Of a stretch of 42,645 bases of DNA, positions 36,544-42,645 are shown piece by piece. The notes under the pieces are model-generated. The model made no database searches. It had not been told where the DNA came from and saw nothing but the letters and a program-made list of their open reading frames with translations. The translations under genes and the position numbers were made by a program. The number at the start of each line of letters is the position of its first letter. Positions within the stretch are counted from its first letter, which is position 1. This DNA comes from Sphaeroforma arctica JP610 (Eukaryota), in NCBI RefSeq assembly GCF_001186125.1, contig NW_014040365.1, forward strand, positions 48,187-90,831. Reading direction: 5' to 3'.

Positions 36544-39500
36544 ATGGCGGCAACTAGTGGGGATCCTGAGGGAAGGGCAGCTACAGAGACAGTCAGCAGC
36601 ACGCCGACTGGAAAGGACACGGCGAGCTCTGATAATGTGCAGTCAAGCACAAAGAAAGTGCAATCAACATCCAAAGTGTACAAGGAACTCATCAATGTTG
36701 ACGCTGTAAGCGGGTCACAGTATAGTTGTTTGATGTTTTACCGAGGGTTGACTAAGATACAAAAACCCAAATTCGCGGCTACAAAGTTTAAAGCAGACGA
36801 TAATGACTGCAATAACGATATAAGACGTATGTATAGAGCCGTAAAAACGCTAATAACGCCATCATTCATTACGAAAAAAAAGGGACGCTAAAGAGTGGTA
36901 TGATGATATTAGCAAGTTAGTCACTAGACAAATGGAGAAGCAAGCGAACAAGAATGGGCGGCAGCAGAGTATTATGGGGGCTGGTTCTTCCAGTAAGCGA
37001 CCACTTATGAAATATAATTCTGCTAAAAGATTAGCGGACTTATTTTGTGTGCGATGTGTTGCAAAAAAAATGATCTTTCTTTTAAACTTGGAAAGAAAGC
37101 CGAGCTTAGGGAATGGGTCAACGCAGCACTGGCGGTGCCTACGAATGTCCACTTTCAATACACATCTGCGACACCTGATACAATACGGAAGTATTTACCG
37201 ATATTAGAAAATGCTATCAAAAAGAATGCTATTGCCCAATGGAAAAAAGCGCTGAAATTTTATGCAGTACCATTCGCTGCACTCGAGAATGACGTTTGGA
37301 AAGATTGTATTCTTAGGACTGAAGGAGATAATTGGGTCACACACAGGGGAAAACTTGGCTGTATGTCAGCGGGAAGTGCTAGAAGGCTGAGAGTTTCTAG
37401 ATCCACTCGAAAGCACAACATTTTGAGCTGGAAAAGAAGATAGTGTTAATGGTAAACTAGACATGCGACAGATAATACATAGTGCGACACCTGATAATGC
37501 ATCCAATGTACAGAAGGCCCTGAGGCTATGTCAAACGTTGTATTAGGCTGCAGTGCACATCGTGTAGCATTAGTATTGAAAAATGCTATTGGAGGTTCGT
37601 TAGTGACAGCAACCGACAAAAACCGAGAGGTATTCGAGTCCAACAAAAAGAGACTACACAAAGAAAATGTAGAAAATCAACTCAATATCTTTGAGACTCT
37701 TCTAGACGCAGACAAGCAGGAAGCAATGAACGATATAAACCCGTATCCGACATGTTGCACTTTTGTGCAACCAGATCAGTGTTCTTGACCAAGAGCACCA
37801 AAGGTACGGACAAATTAGTAGGTGCACAAGAAGTCTTAAACTATGGAAAGTTCACCAGGGCTATTGCAAATGGTGGGGTACGCTGGATTAGAGTGTATTT
37901 AATGGTCAAGAGAGACGATCTAAATTGTCCTGCAATCCAGGCCTTAATAGATGATCCTAAAGAGAGTTTGCCAGGGACTGATAGTCTGCGGGGCACCACA
38001 AGAGGCAAGATTTAAAGAGATAAATTTAAAAGCACAAAACATATACGCGAAGTACGGCGAGAATTTTTAGTAATTACTCGCCCTTGATGCAGTGCCAGAT
38101 GAATATACAATCCGCGAACGACAGCTTGGCGGATTCCCTGAAACATATACTTGATTGCAAACTCCTTTTGGGGGATGATATTAGTATCGACGTGGCCAAA
38201 TCATCGGGACCAAAATCAGAATACGAGGTTACAAGCGAAGAAGAACTAACTGAGGCAATACAGGCTTATCGCGTTAGACTTAAAGAGAACATCTCGCATT
38301 ACTTTCCACAGAAGCCGAATATTGAGACACTAGTTAATTGTTATCTCCACTCGCTCTACAAGGATCTAATCTCACTGAACTTCACATCAGAAACACGAAC
38401 TACAACACTGGCCGAAATCAAAAGGGAAATAACAAATAGATCTGTTGCTATATTTGAGGCAAGGTTTAGTCTGGAGAAACACTTGACAGACAAGGCGACA
38501 GTTGCGACGGAACAATCAACAGAATCTGGTGAGTCTACAGAATCATGTACGCCTAGTAAGCCTACAGGTGAAGGTAACAAACGAAAAGCCGATCAAATCC
38601 AAAGCAGTGTATTGTAATCAGGTGAATTGCTGGATACTGTTGATCTTTTAACACTATCCCCCGTCAGTAAACGACGTCGAAAACTAGCGCAATTAAGGCA
38701 GGCAGCAATGAGCGAAAAAAGAGGGGACACCACTTCATGAGTCGAATACTGCAGCTTTCAGGGTTAAAATACGAAGTGAACTTAATACATGGGATAATCT
38801 GCCTTGTGTTGCACCCAAAGAAACATTTGTTCAGATAGGGAGAGGATTAGGAACCAAAATTGATAAAAAGACGGATGCACCCAATCAAACAAGCATTGGA
38901 GTGCTGGCATAGTTTAAGATACCAGTTCTCTATCCTTTACATGGCTGCTTAGTGTNNNNNNNNNNNNNNNNNNNNNNNNNNNNNNNNNNNNNNNNNNNNN
39001 NNNNNNNNNNNNNNNNNNNNNNNNNNNNNNNNNNNNNNNNNNNNNNNNNNNNNNNNNNNNNNNNNNNNNNNNNNNNNNNNNNNNNNNNNNNNNNNNNNNN
39101 NNNNNNNNNNNNNNNNNNNNNNNNNNNNNNNNNNNNNNNNNNNNNNNNNNNNNNNNNNNNNNNNNNNNNNNNNNNNNNNNNNNNNNNNNNNNNNNNNNNN
39201 NNNNNNNNNNNNNNNNNNNNNNNNNNNNNNNNNNNNNNNNNNNNNNNNNNNNNNNNNNNNNNNNNNNNNNNNNNNNNNNNNNNNNNNNNNNNNNNNNNNN
39301 NNNNNNNNNNNNNNNNNNNNNNNNNNNNNNNNNNNNNNNNNNNNNNNNNNNNNNNNNNNNNNNNNNNNNNNNNNNNNNNNNNNNNNNNNNNNNNNNNNNN
39401 NNNNNNNNNNNNNNNNNNNNNNNNNNNNNNNNNNNNNNNNNNNNNNNNNNNNNNNNNNNNNNNNNNNNNNNNNNNNNNNNNNNNNNNNNNNNNNNNNNNN

Positions 39501-39853
39501 NNNNNNNNNNNNNNNNNNNNNNNNNNNNNNNNNNNNNNNNNNNNNNNNNNNNNNNNNNNNNNNNNNNNNNTTAGTGTATTACCAACTTCGTGTCGGTTGG
39601 AAAGTATCTTCTCATTGAGCGGAAACGTACAAGATAAAAAGCGAAAGGCATCATTCACAGGTAAGTATACTCTGCTGTATTAAGTGATACTTTATTTAAA
39701 ATAGTGTATAAGTGATTAATTACTTTGTTGTATTTAAAAGCAACTAATTTTGAACTTCGAACAGGTTCCACTTTCGCCGCAATAAGTTTTGTAAAAGGAA
39801 ACTCAAAGTCTGTTGCCGCCATTGACCGAGATACTGGAAGATTACAAAGATGA
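36544..39853 (+). mobile_element. Decayed hAT-superfamily transposase
   Basis: hAT motifs occur in order across broken frames: ENDVW (first Asp), TPDNASNVQKA (second Asp, ~37490), GCSAHRVALVLK (CxxH), VRWIRVYLMVKR (RW motif), ECWHSLRYQFSILYMAA, and SVLPTSCRLESIFS (dimerisation domain, catalytic Glu). A probable intron lies at 39661-39740. Confidence 0.85.
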
Positions 39854-40042
39854 AGCAAATGATATTTGAGACAAGTATTTAATTTCTGACAGCACACAAG
39901 CCTGATGGGGATTAGGGGTTAAATCCGTCGATCCCATTAAGCTTGTGCGACTGCCAATACTCGATAAAGTATCTATAAAAATTAGAATAAATATTAAACC
40001 ATTTGGTTATATACCTTAGTGGGGACAGTGCTCATCTGCAAT

Positions 40043-40103
40043 AGTATAACAATAAGTATATAATATAACAATAAGTATATAATATAACAATAAGTATATA
40101 ATA
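40043..40103. repeat. 19-bp tandem repeat (TATAACAATAAGTATATAA), three copies
   Basis: Directly visible. Confidence 0.85.
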
Positions 40104-40278
40104 TAAATAAGAATAGGTTTACATTTGCATATAGACATGCGTACATGTCTAATTGCATGTACACATACCTATACGCTTCCGTATAGACAAAATAATAAAG
40201 CAATCGACATTAGAACACATACCATGAATATTATCTTTCCTCATAAAATGAGCGCGAAAGCGAATTGTTAGTGACTGT

Positions 40279-40748
40279 ATGCGTAAATACATACAGTAAA
40301 CACATACACATACATATACATGTACATACATACGTGTACACACATGCGTAGACACATACACCTGAACACATACACAAACACATTAAAAACATGTACACCT
40401 GTGCATACATAGTTACATACGTGTACACAACTACACACATACAAAACCCTGAACCCTAAAACCTGAAACACAAAGGCCATGGAAGATAATAACTAACAAT
40501 AAAGCAAGGTATATACAGATAACATACTATGCAGAGTCCATTAAGAGGAAGGTGTGAAAGCTGGGGATCCCTTAATGGATTACTCTGTATAGTGTCCTGT
40601 ATTTATTTGTGGAATAAATTGGTACAATGCAATATATTGAATGATGTCCTATTGTTAGTAAACACATGCGTTAACACAAACAGTAAACACATACATATAC
40701 ATATACATGTGCATACATACGTGTACACACATGCGTAAACACATACAC
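40279..40748. repeat. Dispersed direct duplication of an ~80-bp CA-rich block (about 40279-40361 and 40666-40748)
   Basis: CAGTAAACACATACA.ATACATATACATGT.CATACATACGTGTACACACATGCGTA.ACACATACAC is present twice. Confidence 0.8.
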
Positions 40749-41485
40749 ACATGTACACACGTGCATACATACGTGTACACACATCCATAAACACCCACAT
40801 ACTAATTATCTGAATTTTTGACAACCAATCTCATAGTAAAATTACTAATAAAAATTGGATTGTTACCATTATGCCTTCTATCAATTAAATTGGTGGTCAA
40901 CGAAAACCCACACATATAATGATCAATTTGCTGTTATACTCATAATACTGATCCCAGAGTGCGGTAATCAACTAAAACTAATGAAAGTATGTGGATGGTC
41001 ACATACTTTGTATTATGGGCGGTTATAATGAATATTTAGTTGTGTCAGTCGGATTCAACAGTATTGTGAAACAAATTCAAGCTAAATGGTTTAGTCAACT
41101 TATGGCAGATTATCGTGATTATATATTATTCAATCGTCATGTCCTATAATTCTGTATACGTTACAAGGAAGGTCACATTAGTACAAGCAACACTTTATAG
41201 ACTATTTGGGGACACATGAAAGCGTCAGCAAGTCAAAACGCATGTTGGGGCTACCTTCTTTTGACTACGGAAAATATTGAAAGTAGTCAAATTTATATAT
41301 CACCTTTTAAGTATGAAAACTGTATAGAAATTTAGTGGTCAATATTATATTTATTGGCCAACACATTCTGGCAACCTGATTACGTGATCGTCAAAATAGC
41401 TATACAACGGGGAATATATTACAGATCATTACGTTATATATGTTGTCATTCACAGACTCGTCACTCATAGTATCAATCAATTATC

Positions 41486-41730
41486 ATGCCACCACAGTGT
41501 AGTGTTTTAACGTGTGAAGGCAGAACCCATCTAGTGAGATTCCCGACAAATACTGAAGTACGCCAAAAATGGGGTTAAAATGGTACGAGAGAATGTCGAT
41601 TATTCCCGAAAACTACTAGCTTTTCCAGGAACGGACGATGGATATGTGTATCTCACTTCCGATCTTAAATGGTGAAGCGTACCCCACGGGTGTAATCAAG
41701 CTCCAAAAGAATGCGCTATCTCAACTAAAA
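41486..41730 (+). pseudogene. Frameshifted THAP zinc-finger domain, probably a DNA-transposon remnant
   Basis: The ATG at 41486 reads MPPQCSVLTCEGRTHLVRFPTNTEVRQKW, then a stop. The same frame later gives ICVSHF (41642-41659), and the next frame gives KLQKNALSQLKL (AVPT-box-like). This matches the THAP C2CH signature: C-x4-C, FP, W, C-x2-HF. Confidence 0.7.
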
Positions 41731-42645
41731 TTATCAGCTGACTGTGACAACACCAACGAGCATACCAATGAAGTTGCGAATTCGACAACAACTCTACTAC
41801 GTCCCGCTGCTGATCACACTCTTCGAACTTTGGGGGATGTTGTAAGATGGTTTGGTGCATACTATGCCAATACGAGCTCGAAACTGAGGCATGACAGTGA
41901 GGTCCAGTTGGTCTTTGGTCGGTTTTTGTTTAATGAAAATCCTATGACAGCACCTTTGTATATCGAATGTGTGGTCATCGTAAATACAAGTAAGATATTG
42001 TAATAGCAGAAAATCCAACATCGAGCAAGACAGTAACTATGATGAGGAAACGTACATGGAAAGTACAACTGAATTTCATGTCAAAATTGGTGTAAGAAAC
42101 CCTTTTCGTACTTCTGAAGTACTTATCGAGGTTTTCTATAAGAACTACGATCAACAGCAGCCAATACGTGGACCACACATGATTTGGGCTACCTCCCATA
42201 ACAATTCAGAATCGTCGTCCGATGACGAGATGTATGTTAGATTAAATTCATAAGTAAACTCTATACTCGTGTAATAATTATATTATAATTTATACCCTTA
42301 AATAAACACACAATGTCTTATTTGTGTGCATGTACCCCACCGATTCAAATACAATGTCGGACCGCACATATGGAGACAATAGCAAGGGAAAATATGCGCG
42401 ACATACAGCAGAAATTAAACACATGGCACAAAAGCACGTGTGTGTACACATAAATCATAGTTGGCACATACTGATACTCAAACTATACAAACACATACTG
42501 ATCGTAAATATTTTGTGTAAATCACTCAAATAAGAAATAAAATTTATTGATGATACCCGTTGTTCAATATTAGTTGATCTTTTATGATACGATACTGTCG
42601 TTTCCACAATGATATGATAATGTTTATAATATATATATATATATA

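Noticed and set aside
38930..39683. 242/243-aa ORFs spanning the gap
   Set aside because: They consist almost entirely of N-derived X residues; only the hAT fragment after the gap is meaningful.
31700..40000. Terminal inverted repeats and TSDs delimiting the Sola-like or hAT elements
   Set aside because: I could not find convincing matching ends by eye, so element boundaries are left undefined.

Overview
Eukaryotic, intron-rich genomic DNA from a draft assembly, with N-gaps at 10362-10381, 23941-24229 and 38956-39570. It is probably from a unicellular opisthokont or holozoan; this is inferred from a fungal-type She9/Mdm33 gene sitting next to an animal-type syntenin-like gene. The left ~31 kb holds five host genes whose exons I assembled by hand from GT-AG sites with consistent phases: the 3' part of a SUGCT-like family III CoA-transferase (+), a beta-carbonic anhydrase (+), She9/Mdm33 (-), the cysteine desulfurase NFS1 (+), and an intronless tandem-PDZ syntenin-like gene (-). 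Introns carry a 2.5 kb 24-bp minisatellite, large TA/TACA microsatellite blocks, a tRNA-derived SINE-like element ending in a pre-miRNA-sized hairpin, and signs of a spliced antisense gene nested in SUGCT. A second SINE-like element lies between the carbonic anhydrase and She9 genes. The right ~11 kb is a DNA-transposon graveyard: a GC-rich repeat island, a decayed Sola3-like DDD transposase, a decayed hAT transposase and a frameshifted THAP domain. Most short ORFs in the supplied track are microsatellite artefacts. I see no clear novel multi-gene system; the best leads are the nested antisense gene, the intronic hairpin/SINE, a possible targeting-switch exon in the carbonic anhydrase, and the run of mitochondrial genes.
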